Shown: positions 1 to 8,415, numbered from the stretch's first letter. The stretch is DNA of 17,714 nt from Candidatus Dadabacteria bacterium (GCA_040289575.1 PSLL01000030.1:7064-24777), one strand, 5' to 3'. Notes: generated by a model not told the origin, from the letters alone. Translations and numbers: made by a program.

Positions 1-180
1 AACTGACCTTATTGCTTCCTCAAACCCATTAAGTCCATCTACGCTAAATATCAGAACATCCCTAACTCCTCTGCTCTTTAAATCATTGGGTACTCCTACC
101 CAAAAACTGCTGCTTTCCTTCTGACTTATCCAAAACCCAAGTATCTCCTTCTTGCCATCTACCCTAAGCTCTATTACTGA
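1..180 (-). pseudogene. IS256-family transposase, internal fragment
   Basis: Open frame with DGKKEILGFW, ESSSFW, LKSRGVRDV and VDGL motifs; N-terminal part missing; not in the ORF track. Confidence 0.9.
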
Positions 181-538
181 ATTGTGCCTGAAGGCCCCCA
201 TTTGTAGTGGGGGATGAAAGGCACACTCAGTGTGATACAGTTTTGTATGACACTGAAACGTACCCCACATGATACCAAATATCACATTGTTTGGACTCCT
301 AAATACAGGGGGTGGATAGATAGGAAGGAGCTAAAGCTATGGCGAATCAATTTCTGGGAGAGAGGGTATTTTGTAAAGACAGTGGGAGATGAGGTTACAG
401 CAGAGCAGATACGCAAGTACATAGAGTATCATAAGTATGAGGAGATTTCTTGTAGACAGTTAAGTCTTTTTTAGAGGCTACTACGCTGCTCATAAGGATT
501 TTTTAAAGAAGTCCCCACCTGTGGTGGGGGAGCTTCAC
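178..538 (+). mobile_element. IS200/IS605-family non-autonomous element (tnpA-only, internally deleted)
   Basis: Left subterminal hairpin GAAGGCCCCCA-TTTGTAG-TGGGGGA (about 190-214). Right hairpin GAAG-TCCCCACC-TGT-GGTGGGGGA (508-531) ending in TCAC (535-538). Encloses a tnpA relic. Left boundary uncertain by a few nt (TTAC at 174-177). Confidence 0.8.
247..474 (+). pseudogene. tnpA: IS200-type Y1 transposase TnpA with internal deletion
   Basis: N-terminal KYHIVWTPKYR and C-terminal FWERGYFVKTVG...IRKYIEYH motifs are present, but the intervening region with the HUH motif is absent. Confidence 0.9.
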
Positions 539-642
539 TTTTTGTTGGGTTGTCATGTCTGACATTCCTCCTTTTATGTTGATATAGTTTATCTCACATT
601 TTCGAGGTAATGTCAGATTAAGTCTTAACTATCTCAAATAAT

Positions 643-718
643 TGGCTCCGGCGGAGGGATTCGAACCCCCGACCCAGTGGTTAACAGCCACTCGCTCTGC
701 CGACTGAGCTACGCCGGA
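643..718 (-). tRNA. tRNA-Asn(GTT)
   Basis: TCCGGCGTAGCTCAGTCGGCAGAGCGAGTGGCT-GTT-AACCACTGGGTCGGGGGTTCGAATCCCTCCGCCGGAGCCA; cloverleaf, T-loop, encoded CCA. Confidence 0.98.
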
Positions 719-794
719 TTTTATCTTATACCAATTTATCAAACGGAGCCGTTCTTCTATCTCTTTTCGCCGGTATCGCGCTCGAAATATTACA

Positions 795-823
795 AATTTA
801 AACTGAACCTTTAATTGAGTCAA
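795..823 (-). promoter_or_regulatory. Putative sigma-70 promoter for tRNA-Asn
   Basis: TTGACT (823-818), 17 bp spacer, TAAATT (800-795). Confidence 0.5.
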
Positions 824-837
824 GTGCAATTCAGCGT

Positions 838-1575
838 CTATTCAATCAACCCGATCTTTGGAATTGCACTCTTTAGAATTTCAAGATCATCAAAGCCCGA
901 TTTTTCAATCAATCCTAAATAATTCCCTATATCACATAAGAATGCCCCAACATCCACTCTCAGAAACACAGGTTTAAACCCCTTGAGTCCGAGGTAGACC
1001 CTATTTAGATAACTAGCCGCTCCTCCGTAGTTCCCATACTCCAGATGATAGAAAGCAACAGCGGAGTGAATCAGCCCCCGGAGAAAGGCCTTTTCTCTCC
1101 CCTTCTTTTTTCTCCACACCTCCTCAAGGAATTCATGGCACTCAAAGTAAAAACCCTCATTGAATAGAAGAATGCCCTTTTTTATATCACCCTCGATTCC
1201 GTCTTTGAATTTCTCCCCTTTGGAATATAGGTCTGAAATGAACTTCCAATACCTTCCGACCCTAATACACATATCGGAAAGATAATCCCTAAATTGCCCC
1301 TCAATCTGAATGTAACCCTCTGAATCTATCTCAAAGATATGCAGGGAGTTTAATTTCTCTAAAATTTCTCCACAACCGAGTCGCACCCAACCTATTATAT
1401 TCCCTTGAAGTTCTAATAAATCTGTGAGCCTTATCCTACCCTTTTCCTTTATCAACCAGCAGAATCGGAGGATCAAGTAAAGGAGCACAGACTCTTCGCT
1501 AAATTTAAGCGAAAGAATAAGAATCCCGCTTAAGGCATTGCGGATTTTAATCTCTATTCTACCCCTTTTTTTCAT
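838..1575 (-). CDS. DUF309 domain protein with N-terminal extension
   Basis: C-terminal GILLFNEGFYFECHEFLEEVW...RGLIHSAVAFYHL is the DUF309 signature. Confidence 0.85.
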   Translation of the reverse strand: MKKRGRIEIKIRNALSGILILSLKFSEESVLLYLILRFCWLIKEKGRIRLTDLLELQGNIIGWVRLGCGEILEKLNSLHIFEIDSEGYIQIEGQFRDYLSDMCIRVGRYWKFISDLYSKGEKFKDGIEGDIKKGILLFNEGFYFECHEFLEEVWRKKKGREKAFLRGLIHSAVAFYHLEYGNYGGAASYLNRVYLGLKGFKPVFLRVDVGAFLCDIGNYLGLIEKSGFDDLEILKSAIPKIGLIE

Positions 1576-1643
1576 ATGAAAAGAAATTGATCAAACGCGA
1601 CTAGCCCAAATAAAACCCTTTTATCAAAAACCCCACTACCTAA

Positions 1644-1672
1644 TTGAATGACTCAATCTCCCAAAGTATAAT
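1644..1672 (+). promoter_or_regulatory. Sigma-70-type promoter of rpoH
   Basis: TTGAAT (1644-1649), 17 bp spacer, TATAAT (1667-1672), 40 nt upstream of the ATG. Confidence 0.7.
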
Positions 1673-1712
1673 ATATGGGAGCATATTTATGAATGTTTAG
1701 GATGTATCAATC

Positions 1713-2624
1713 ATGGCTGAAGAAAAAGTAGACATATTAGAAAAGGAAGAGGAGCATCTTAACAAGTCACTTCCTGCCCCAACAACATCTATGGAAAAAT
1801 ACCTGGCTGAGATAAGCAATTACCCTATACTCAGCCGAGAGGAAGAGTATAAGCTCGCGATGAGATACAAAAAATACGGGGACTTAGATGCGGCAAGAAA
1901 GCTCATCACCTCCAACCTGAGATTCGTAATAAAGATTGCAAATGAGTACAGAGGCTATGGATTAAACCCAATGGATTTAATTCAGGAAGGAAACATCGGG
2001 CTTATGCACGCTGTAAAGAGGTTCGATCCAACGAAGGGGTATCGCCTTATCTCCTATGCCGTCTGGTGGATAAGGGCTTATATTCATAACTATATAATCA
2101 AAACCTGGAGCCTTGTGAAACTCGGAACCACTCAGGCCCAGAGAAAGCTCTTCTATAGGCTCCGCTCGGCAAAGCATAAGATGGATATAGAGAATGAGAA
2201 ACTGAGTCCTAAAGATTACAAAAACCTTGCTGATGAATTTGGAGTTACAGACGAAGCCGTAATTGAGATGGAACAAAGGATAGGAAGCAAAGACCTATCG
2301 CTAGACGCTCAAGTAAGGGAAGATTCAAGGACAACTCATGCCGACCTCCTCGAGAGTGAATCGTCGAATCAGGAAGAAGTACTCACAAAGGTTGAAGAGG
2401 AGGAAGAGGTTAAAAAAGGACTGCAAGTGGCTCTTAAGTCCCTGAAGGAGAGAGAGCGGTTTGTAGTGGAGAATAGAATCCTTACGGATAAACCCCTGAC
2501 GCTCGAAGAACTTGGGACAAAACTTAACCTCTCAAGAGAGAGGGTAAGACAGATTGAAAATGCGGCTTTGAAAAAAATGAGAGACGTTTTGGAGAGGATG
2601 GGAGTAAGCAGTAGTCCTTTTTAG
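1713..2624 (+). CDS. rpoH: RNA polymerase sigma-32 factor RpoH
   Basis: Region 2 DLIQEGNIGLMHAVKRFDP and SYAVWWIRA; RpoH box TTQAQRKLFYRL; region 4 TLEELG...SRERVRQIE. Confidence 0.93.
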   Translation: MAEEKVDILEKEEEHLNKSLPAPTTSMEKYLAEISNYPILSREEEYKLAMRYKKYGDLDAARKLITSNLRFVIKIANEYRGYGLNPMDLIQEGNIGLMHAVKRFDPTKGYRLISYAVWWIRAYIHNYIIKTWSLVKLGTTQAQRKLFYRLRSAKHKMDIENEKLSPKDYKNLADEFGVTDEAVIEMEQRIGSKDLSLDAQVREDSRTTHADLLESESSNQEEVLTKVEEEEEVKKGLQVALKSLKERERFVVENRILTDKPLTLEELGTKLNLSRERVRQIENAALKKMRDVLERMGVSSSPF

Positions 2625-2677
2625 TTTTCAGAATATTGAGAGATTACAGAGTGTAGATACTTTTAATAGGAATCCAC

Positions 2678-3136
2678 TTGGTGCCCACAACCTTAAGATC
2701 TCTTCAAAGGAGAGATAAAACTCAAATAGAACTCCCTCCCGAAATCAATTTGAGTTTGTCATTTATAGAGACGGGATGCCTAGTCACGCTTATAGATGGC
2801 AAGGTGACTTTTGTCTTCAAGGGGACTCAAACTGAGATTGAATTGCTTAGGGATGCTAAGCAAATAATATTCGGGTTTGAGTACATAAGAAGACCGGAAT
2901 TTCCTTCTGTGAGAATGTATTTTGAGTCAAGAGATAGAGAAAATAAGCCATACCAATTTGATTATCTCTTTGGTATCGAGTCTGATGAAGAAATGGAGCT
3001 TCTTGTCAGATTAAAAGATCAGGATTCATTCAATATAATCCTTATCGACTCTGAAATCAGGTATTCAAAAAGGGTTAATATAACTCAAGAAGGAAAGGAG
3101 ATAATTAAATCAGTGATGGATGAAGCGTTAGGTTAG
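2678..3136 (+). CDS. Hypothetical protein
   Basis: 152-aa ORF filling the rpoH-fabH gap on the same strand, AGGA upstream; no motif recognised; start (TTG 2678 or GTG 2681) uncertain. Confidence 0.7.
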   Translation: MVPTTLRSLQRRDKTQIELPPEINLSLSFIETGCLVTLIDGKVTFVFKGTQTEIELLRDAKQIIFGFEYIRRPEFPSVRMYFESRDRENKPYQFDYLFGIESDEEMELLVRLKDQDSFNIILIDSEIRYSKRVNITQEGKEIIKSVMDEALG

Positions 3137-3149
3137 CGATGCGCCTATT

Positions 3150-3177
3150 GTAGGAGCGAACCCCTTGTTTGCTCTAC
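3150..3177 (+). repeat. GTAG-type REP-like palindrome
   Basis: GTAG-GAGCGAAC-CCCTT-GTTTGCTC-TAC: GTAG tetranucleotide followed by an imperfect hairpin, just after a stop codon. Confidence 0.5.
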
Positions 3178-3217
3178 GGAATGAGACTGTTCCCCACTAT
3201 ACGACAGACTAGAATTA

Positions 3218-3246
3218 TTGACAAAATCAGTGCTTTCCCGAATAAT
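3218..3246 (+). promoter_or_regulatory. Sigma-70-type promoter of fabH
   Basis: TTGACA (3218-3223), 17 bp spacer, AATAAT (3241-3246); SD AGGAGA before the TTG start. Confidence 0.65.
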
Positions 3247-3277
3247 ATCCTTTCAAAAGGAATAGGAGATCCATAAT

Positions 3278-4255
3278 TTGAGTCCTGTAAGAATCCTCGG
3301 CACTGGCTCATCAGCCCCTGAAAAGGTACTTTCAAATTTTGATCTCGAAAAAATCGTAGATACATCAGACGAGTGGATACGCACAAGAACCGGAATAGTC
3401 GAAAGGAGAATTGCCGACTCCGATGTTGCCACATCCGACATGGCCTACGAAGCGTCGCTGAGAGCCATTGAAGCAGCCTCAATTGATCCCGCCGATATTG
3501 ATGGAATAATCCTTGGTACCGTTACGCCAGATTATTTCTTTCCCTCTACAGCCTGCATTCTCCAAAGCCGTCTCGGTGCAAGGAAGGCCTTTGGATTTGA
3601 CCTCTCCGCCGGATGCTCCGGCTTTGTCTACGGCCTCCAATTAGGAAAGGGGATGATTGAATCGGGAGATGCGCAGATTATCCTCGTAGTGGGAGCCGAA
3701 ACCATGACGAGGATTATGGATTTTAAGGACAGAGCAACATGCGTTCTTTTTGGAGACGGAGCGGGGGCGGCAATAATATCAAGATCCGATTCGCCGGGAA
3801 TATTATCCCTCCATCTCGGTGCAAACGGCGACGACTGGGAGCTTCTCCATATGCCCGCTGGTGGCTCTCGCATACCGCCCAGCGAGGAAAGCGTGAGAAA
3901 CAGGCTACATTACATAAAGATGAAAGGAAACGATATTTTTAAAGAGGCCGTAAAGGCGATGGAGTCGGCTGCAATCGAGGCAATCAGAAAGGCTGATATA
4001 ACTCCGGATGAGATTGACCTCTTCATTCCCCATCAGGCAAATCTGAGAATCATGGAAGCCGTAAGAAGGCGTCTCGACATTCCGCCTGAGAAGGTCTTTG
4101 TCAATGTGGATAAGTACGGAAATACATCGTCGGCATCTGTGCCAATTGCGCTTGATGAGGCCGTAAGAGGCGGCAGAATTAAAAGAGGCGACCTGGTTCT
4201 CTTCTCTGTCTTTGGTGCAGGCTTTACATGGGCTTCGGGCGTCGTGAGGTGGTAA
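3278..4255 (+). CDS. fabH: Beta-ketoacyl-ACP synthase III
   Basis: DTSDEWIRTRTGI, catalytic Cys in AGCSGF, LFGDGAGA, PHQAN (His), GNTSSAS (Asn), FGAGFTW. Confidence 0.97.
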   Translation: MSPVRILGTGSSAPEKVLSNFDLEKIVDTSDEWIRTRTGIVERRIADSDVATSDMAYEASLRAIEAASIDPADIDGIILGTVTPDYFFPSTACILQSRLGARKAFGFDLSAGCSGFVYGLQLGKGMIESGDAQIILVVGAETMTRIMDFKDRATCVLFGDGAGAAIISRSDSPGILSLHLGANGDDWELLHMPAGGSRIPPSEESVRNRLHYIKMKGNDIFKEAVKAMESAAIEAIRKADITPDEIDLFIPHQANLRIMEAVRRRLDIPPEKVFVNVDKYGNTSSASVPIALDEAVRGGRIKRGDLVLFSVFGAGFTWASGVVRW

Positions 4256-4297
4256 GCTGCCGATTTCGAGCTTAATCATGAGTAAACCGATTCTGTG

Positions 4298-4740
4298 CTA
4301 GTAGATGCTAGAGGTCATTTCAAAACCCTGTAAATGTACGCTCAACTATCCATCTCCTCATATATGGTTCTGACCAGATACCAACCAGGATAGATCGTCA
4401 TGAACTCAACTTTTTCACTTGCGTCCGTCACCTGATATCCGCGCAGGAACTTCTTCTAAGGTCCCTCAGTCTGTTGAGGTCTCACCACGCATGAAGGGGT
4501 TGCTGCCGTAGTCATTTGCGTCAGTATCTGAGTTGATTTCCCTATTGACTCTCTTGAGGCGAACTGTCCACGTGCCCTCCTTGCAAATGGTATGGCTGCT
4601 ATTGTGCCTATCAGGCCGAGCGCTTCACGTCGGCTAAAGCTGCGAGTTACTGGGATTTCTTTGCAAGATCTTGTTTCACTACGCCTGCCTCCGAGTTGTT
4701 TGTCTCTCGCAGATGCTGTCTCATAACACAAGCATATCAA
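4298..4740 (-). pseudogene. Tat-exported intradiol ring-cleavage dioxygenase-like relic
   Basis: Twin-arginine SRREALGLIG, then CVVRPQQTEGP*. Beyond the stop the same frame reads KKFLRGYQVTDASEKVEFMTIYPGWY, and a shifted frame reads QGFEMTSSIY*. Internal deletion, stop and frameshift. True start uncertain. Confidence 0.8.
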
Positions 4741-4775
4741 ATGTAACCATCCTAAATAAAAGAGAAATTTAGTGG

Positions 4776-4850
4776 TGGTGGCGGCGGCAGGAATCGAACC
4801 TGCGACAAAGGCCTTATGAGAGCCCTGCTCTACCTCTGAGCTACGCCGCC
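4776..4850 (-). tRNA. tRNA-Met(CAT), probably elongator
   Basis: GGCGGCGTAGCTCAGAGGTAGAGCAGGGCTCT-CAT-AAGGCCTTTGTCGCAGGTTCGATTCCTGCCGCCGCCACCA. G1-C72 is paired (not initiator); Ile2 cannot be fully excluded. Confidence 0.95.
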
Positions 4851-4903
4851 AGGCGTAATGATTACAGTAACTTAGGAATCCCTACTAGATACTACTACAA
4901 GAA

Positions 4904-4922
4904 TTCTACCCATTTTCTACCC
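4904..4922 (+). repeat. Direct repeat TTCTACCC x2, candidate integrase arm-type sites
   Basis: TTCTACCC at 4904-4911 and 4915-4922 (11-bp period), between the tRNA and the integrase start. Confidence 0.45.
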
Positions 4923-4959
4923 TTCCCTATCCAAATAAGCAACAAAAGGAGATTGTAGC

Positions 4960-5328
4960 ATGGGATACTTAACTTTCAAGGGGAAGAGCTATTATGCAAT
5001 TTTTGCTGTATCAGGTAGAAAGATTTGGAAGAAAATAGGTAGAGTAGATAAGAGAGAAGCTAAGAGAATCCTGAAACAACTATCCCTAGAGTTTGAGAAG
5101 GATAGATTAAATATCCGAGAAATCAAATATATCACTCTCTTTGATTACATAGAGAGATATCTAGAGTATTGTTTGGCTAATAAAGCCACCTCCACCTATA
5201 GGAGAGAAGCAGTAGTTATGAAGCCACAAAAAGAATTCTTTGGTAATATCCCAATAACTAGGATAGATACACAGATGATAGAGAGTTATAAAGTTAAAAG
5301 AGTTAAAGAAGGAAATAACGGCGAGTAA
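4960..5328 (+). pseudogene. Tyrosine recombinase/phage integrase N-terminal fragment (arm-binding plus core-binding SAM-like domain)
   Basis: Basic beta-rich N-terminus, DKREAKRIL, then ITLFDYIERYLEY...KATSTYRRE...FFGNIPITRIDTQMIESYKVKR. No catalytic RHRY domain. SD AGGAGA. Adjacent to a tRNA. Confidence 0.8.
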
Positions 5329-6678
5329 CTATTCGATTCGAAATTGTTTTAGCTTTCTGTAGAGAGTATCTCTTGAAATGCCGAGAATCTCAGCCGCCTT
5401 TGATTTATTCCCCTGAGCCCCACGAAGAGCCTGCTCCAGGGCGAACCTCTCAAGCTTCCCCAATGAAAGGAGTGTATGCTCCGAGACCTTATTCTCTTTC
5501 CACACAAGGTGTGCTTTTAAATCCCTCTCGGTTATCATCTCTTTATCAGTAGGAGATACGGCTATTATTCCTTCTATTAGATTCTCTAGCTCTCTAATGT
5601 TTCCGGGGAAGTGGTACTGATAAAGAGATGTGAATACACCTTCGGATACCCCTTCTATGCTCCTTGAATATTTCTGATTGAACTTCTTTATAAAATGCTC
5701 CGTAAGCAACGGAATATCCTCTTTCCTCTCTCTAAGTGGGGGAAGCTCCATTACCACAACTGCAAGCCTGAAGAATAGGTCTTCTCTTAAATATGTGTTT
5801 TTAAGCTCTTCTATAGAGCGATTGCTCGTGGCTATTACTCTTATGTCAACCGGTATCTCGCTTGTATGCCCTATCGGTCTTATTTTATGTTCCTCAAGAA
5901 CCCTAAGTAGCTTTACCTGAAGCTCTTTCGGCATCTCTCCTATCTCGTCAAGAAAAATCGTTCCCCTATTTGCTGCTACAAAGAGTCCGTCGTGGTCCTT
6001 CATTGCCCCAGTGAATGCCCCTTTCTTATATCCGAAGAGCTCCGATTCAATTAGTTCTTTAGGGATTGCACCGCAGTTTACTGCAATAAAAGGCTGGCCA
6101 CTTCTCTCACTCTTTAGATGTATAGTTTTTGCGAGGAGCTCTTTTCCCGTTCCCGTCTCACCGACAATAAAGATGGAGGCATCAGTGCGTGCTGCGGCAG
6201 TGGCTTTCTCAAACACACTCTTCATTGAACGAGAACTGCTTATAATCTGCTCAAAACCGAACTTCTCTGAAAGTATCTCCTTGAGTTCACTTATTCTGCT
6301 CTCAAGCTCGTGTGTCCTTTGGATTACTTCCAGCTTCCGCAGGAGTATGTCCTTGTCAAACGGCTTAGTAATGAAATCTGTGGCTCCACGCTTTATCGCC
6401 TCTACGGCAGTGGGTACGGTGCCGTGTCCAGTAATCATAATTGTATTTATATCGGGGTAAATCTCCTTAATCTTCTCAAGTAGTGTAAAACCGTCCATCA
6501 TCGGCATAACCAAATCTAAAAGGGCTACACAGATGTGAGCAAGAGCCGATACTTTATCAATAGCCTCTTTCCCGGAGAAGGCCGTGATTACCTCATATCT
6601 TCTTCTTTCAAGAAGCTCCTTTACGGCACTCACTAACTCTTCGTCGTCATCAACGACAAGCACACTACACTTATGCAA
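5329..6678 (-). CDS. Sigma-54-dependent response regulator (NtrC/AtoC family)
   Basis: REC domain (VVDDD, LLDLVMP, KPF), Walker A GETGTGKEL, GAFTGA, Walker B FLDEIG, FPGNIRELEN, C-terminal Fis HTH. Confidence 0.97.
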   Translation of the reverse strand: MHKCSVLVVDDDEELVSAVKELLERRRYEVITAFSGKEAIDKVSALAHICVALLDLVMPMMDGFTLLEKIKEIYPDINTIMITGHGTVPTAVEAIKRGATDFITKPFDKDILLRKLEVIQRTHELESRISELKEILSEKFGFEQIISSSRSMKSVFEKATAAARTDASIFIVGETGTGKELLAKTIHLKSERSGQPFIAVNCGAIPKELIESELFGYKKGAFTGAMKDHDGLFVAANRGTIFLDEIGEMPKELQVKLLRVLEEHKIRPIGHTSEIPVDIRVIATSNRSIEELKNTYLREDLFFRLAVVVMELPPLRERKEDIPLLTEHFIKKFNQKYSRSIEGVSEGVFTSLYQYHFPGNIRELENLIEGIIAVSPTDKEMITERDLKAHLVWKENKVSEHTLLSLGKLERFALEQALRGAQGNKSKAAEILGISRDTLYRKLKQFRIE

Positions 6679-8221
6679 ATGCTTTTTCCTCCGTATAAAT
6701 CGGAAGTCTTATCCAGACGCTTGTTCCTTTACCTTCCACGCTGTCTATACTGATTTCTCCATCATGGTCATGGATAATCCTTTTAGCCACGGAAAGCCCT
6801 AGGCCAGTTCCTTTACCTGCTGACTTAGTTGTAAAAAAAGGCTCAAAAACAAGCGGAAGAATGTCCTTTGGAATTCCCATCCCGGTATCGGATATTTTTA
6901 TATCCACCCACTCCGCCGGATTTCCCTTAGAGACGGTTACCGAAAGCTTTCCCCCTTTGGGCATCGCATCTACTGCGTTTGTTATTATATCTAAAAATAC
7001 AAGCTCAAGCAGATTAGCATCGGCTAATACCTTCAAATCCCTATCCACGCGTAAGTCAAGGTCAATTACCTGTCTTTTAGAAATAGGATTTATCATATCT
7101 ACGGCTTCTTCAATAAGTACGGAGACTCTCTCAGAAACCCTTTCACTCTGTGGCTTATTTACAAATCTTAGAAGCCTTTGGATTACTTTCTGACCATAGA
7201 AAATCTGCCTTTCAATGGAGTCAAGCTTCTCGGTAAAATCTGCATACTCTGGGACTCTGGGTATATCCTCTTTAAGCATTTGAACCCTGAGGAGTATGGA
7301 TGCAAGCGGGGTTCCCAAGTGATGGGCGATTCCTTCTGCCATCTTTCCTATTAGCTGGGCCTTTTCGAGCTCTATTATTTTACTCCTGAAGGTGATCCTT
7401 TCACTTATATCCCTTATGATTTCAATAAAGCTGCCCCCTCCCTCATTCGCATAGACGAGTGAAACACTCACAAAAATCCTTTCCCCATTTCCCTTTATTT
7501 TCTCCGTCTCGTAATCTACTAGTTTACTCCCTTGTTTCACACTCCTGAGTTTTTCGTAAAAACTAGTCTTACTGTCCTGTGGTATGATATCCCAGATATT
7601 TTTAAGCTCTTTTTTACCGTCATCACAAAATAACCTTTTTGCTTCTCTATTTATGGTAATCACTTTGCCTTGCTCATCATAGACTAAAATTGCGTCAGCG
7701 GTGCTATTAATAATAGCCTCTAGCTTTTCCTCGTTTTCTCGAAGTGCTTGTTCTGCTCGCTTACGCTCTGTTATATCAACAACGGCACTTAGAACTAGAA
7801 CCCCTTCATTTGTATGGATGGGGTTAAGACCGATTTCAACGGGAAATTCGCTCCCGTCCTTGCGCAGAGCGGATAGGTCTCGGCCCTTTCCCATCGGCCT
7901 GGCCTGGGGGTTGGCATAAAAATCTAAACGGTATTCAGAATGTTTTATACGGAATCTTTCCGGCACCAGAATCTCTATTGACTGTCCGATTAGCTCCTCT
8001 CTACTGTAGCCAAACATCCTCTCTGCCTGGGAGTTGACGAGAACGATTTTACCCTTCTGATTGACCATTAATATGGCATTGGGAGACGACTCTACGACGA
8101 GATGAAATCTCTCCTCTGCCTGATTGCGCTTGATCTCTAGTGCTTCCAACTCAGCAATTCGTCGGCGCGCCTCTACCAGTTCATCTATTAGTTGTCTTTT
8201 TGTCTTAAACTCGTCTTGCAT
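6671..8221 (-). CDS. Cytoplasmic PAS-PAS sensor histidine kinase (first PAS FixL-like)
   Basis: Likely start ATG 8221 (MQDEFKTKRQLIDEL coiled coil); two PAS domains; H-box AHHLGTP, N-box DIITNAVDAM, DTGMGI, FEPFFTTK, GTGLGL; no TM helix; 8-nt overlap with the regulator gene. Confidence 0.93.
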   Translation of the reverse strand: MQDEFKTKRQLIDELVEARRRIAELEALEIKRNQAEERFHLVVESSPNAILMVNQKGKIVLVNSQAERMFGYSREELIGQSIEILVPERFRIKHSEYRLDFYANPQARPMGKGRDLSALRKDGSEFPVEIGLNPIHTNEGVLVLSAVVDITERKRAEQALRENEEKLEAIINSTADAILVYDEQGKVITINREAKRLFCDDGKKELKNIWDIIPQDSKTSFYEKLRSVKQGSKLVDYETEKIKGNGERIFVSVSLVYANEGGGSFIEIIRDISERITFRSKIIELEKAQLIGKMAEGIAHHLGTPLASILLRVQMLKEDIPRVPEYADFTEKLDSIERQIFYGQKVIQRLLRFVNKPQSERVSERVSVLIEEAVDMINPISKRQVIDLDLRVDRDLKVLADANLLELVFLDIITNAVDAMPKGGKLSVTVSKGNPAEWVDIKISDTGMGIPKDILPLVFEPFFTTKSAGKGTGLGLSVAKRIIHDHDGEISIDSVEGKGTSVWIRLPIYTEEKAFA

Positions 8222-8415
8222 CTTATACCCACAGATGGGCTTCTTTGGGCTACTGGTGAGATTTTTTACAAACTTAAATAATGGACACAAATTGAATAGG
8301 GCTTAGAGAACCCAGTACTGACCGTTATCTAGATATATCCTTAGTGTCCTTTTCATGAGTGTAGCATCCCATTAACTAGCTTACAAGTTAGGCCAAAAAG
8401 CGATTATTTATCTTA

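Larger units (their letters stand above)
1..635 (-). mobile_element. IS256-family element remnant (left end, start of transposase, interrupted by an IS200-type element; continues off the left edge)
   Basis: Minus strand 180..1 translates to SVIELRVDGKKEILGFWISQKESSSFWVGVPNDLKSRGVRDVLIFSVDGLNGFEEAIRSV, a typical IS256 DDE core. A putative left IR (GAGATAGTTAAGACTTAATCTGACA) starts at 635, followed by SD AAGGAGG (573-567) and ATG at 556 (MTTQQK). Confidence 0.8.

Noticed and set aside
629..829. 66-aa minus-strand ORF
   Set aside because: It runs through tRNA-Asn and is spurious.
4773..4779. tRNA-Met followed by a second encoded CCA (ACCACCA), resembling the CCACCA degradation tag
   Set aside because: A 3-nt coincidence is likely and 3' trailers are trimmed; no further support.
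8222..8290. TTG-started N-terminal extension of the kinase in the ORF track
   Set aside because: ATG 8221 begins a typical coiled-coil N-terminus; the extension has no recognisable features.
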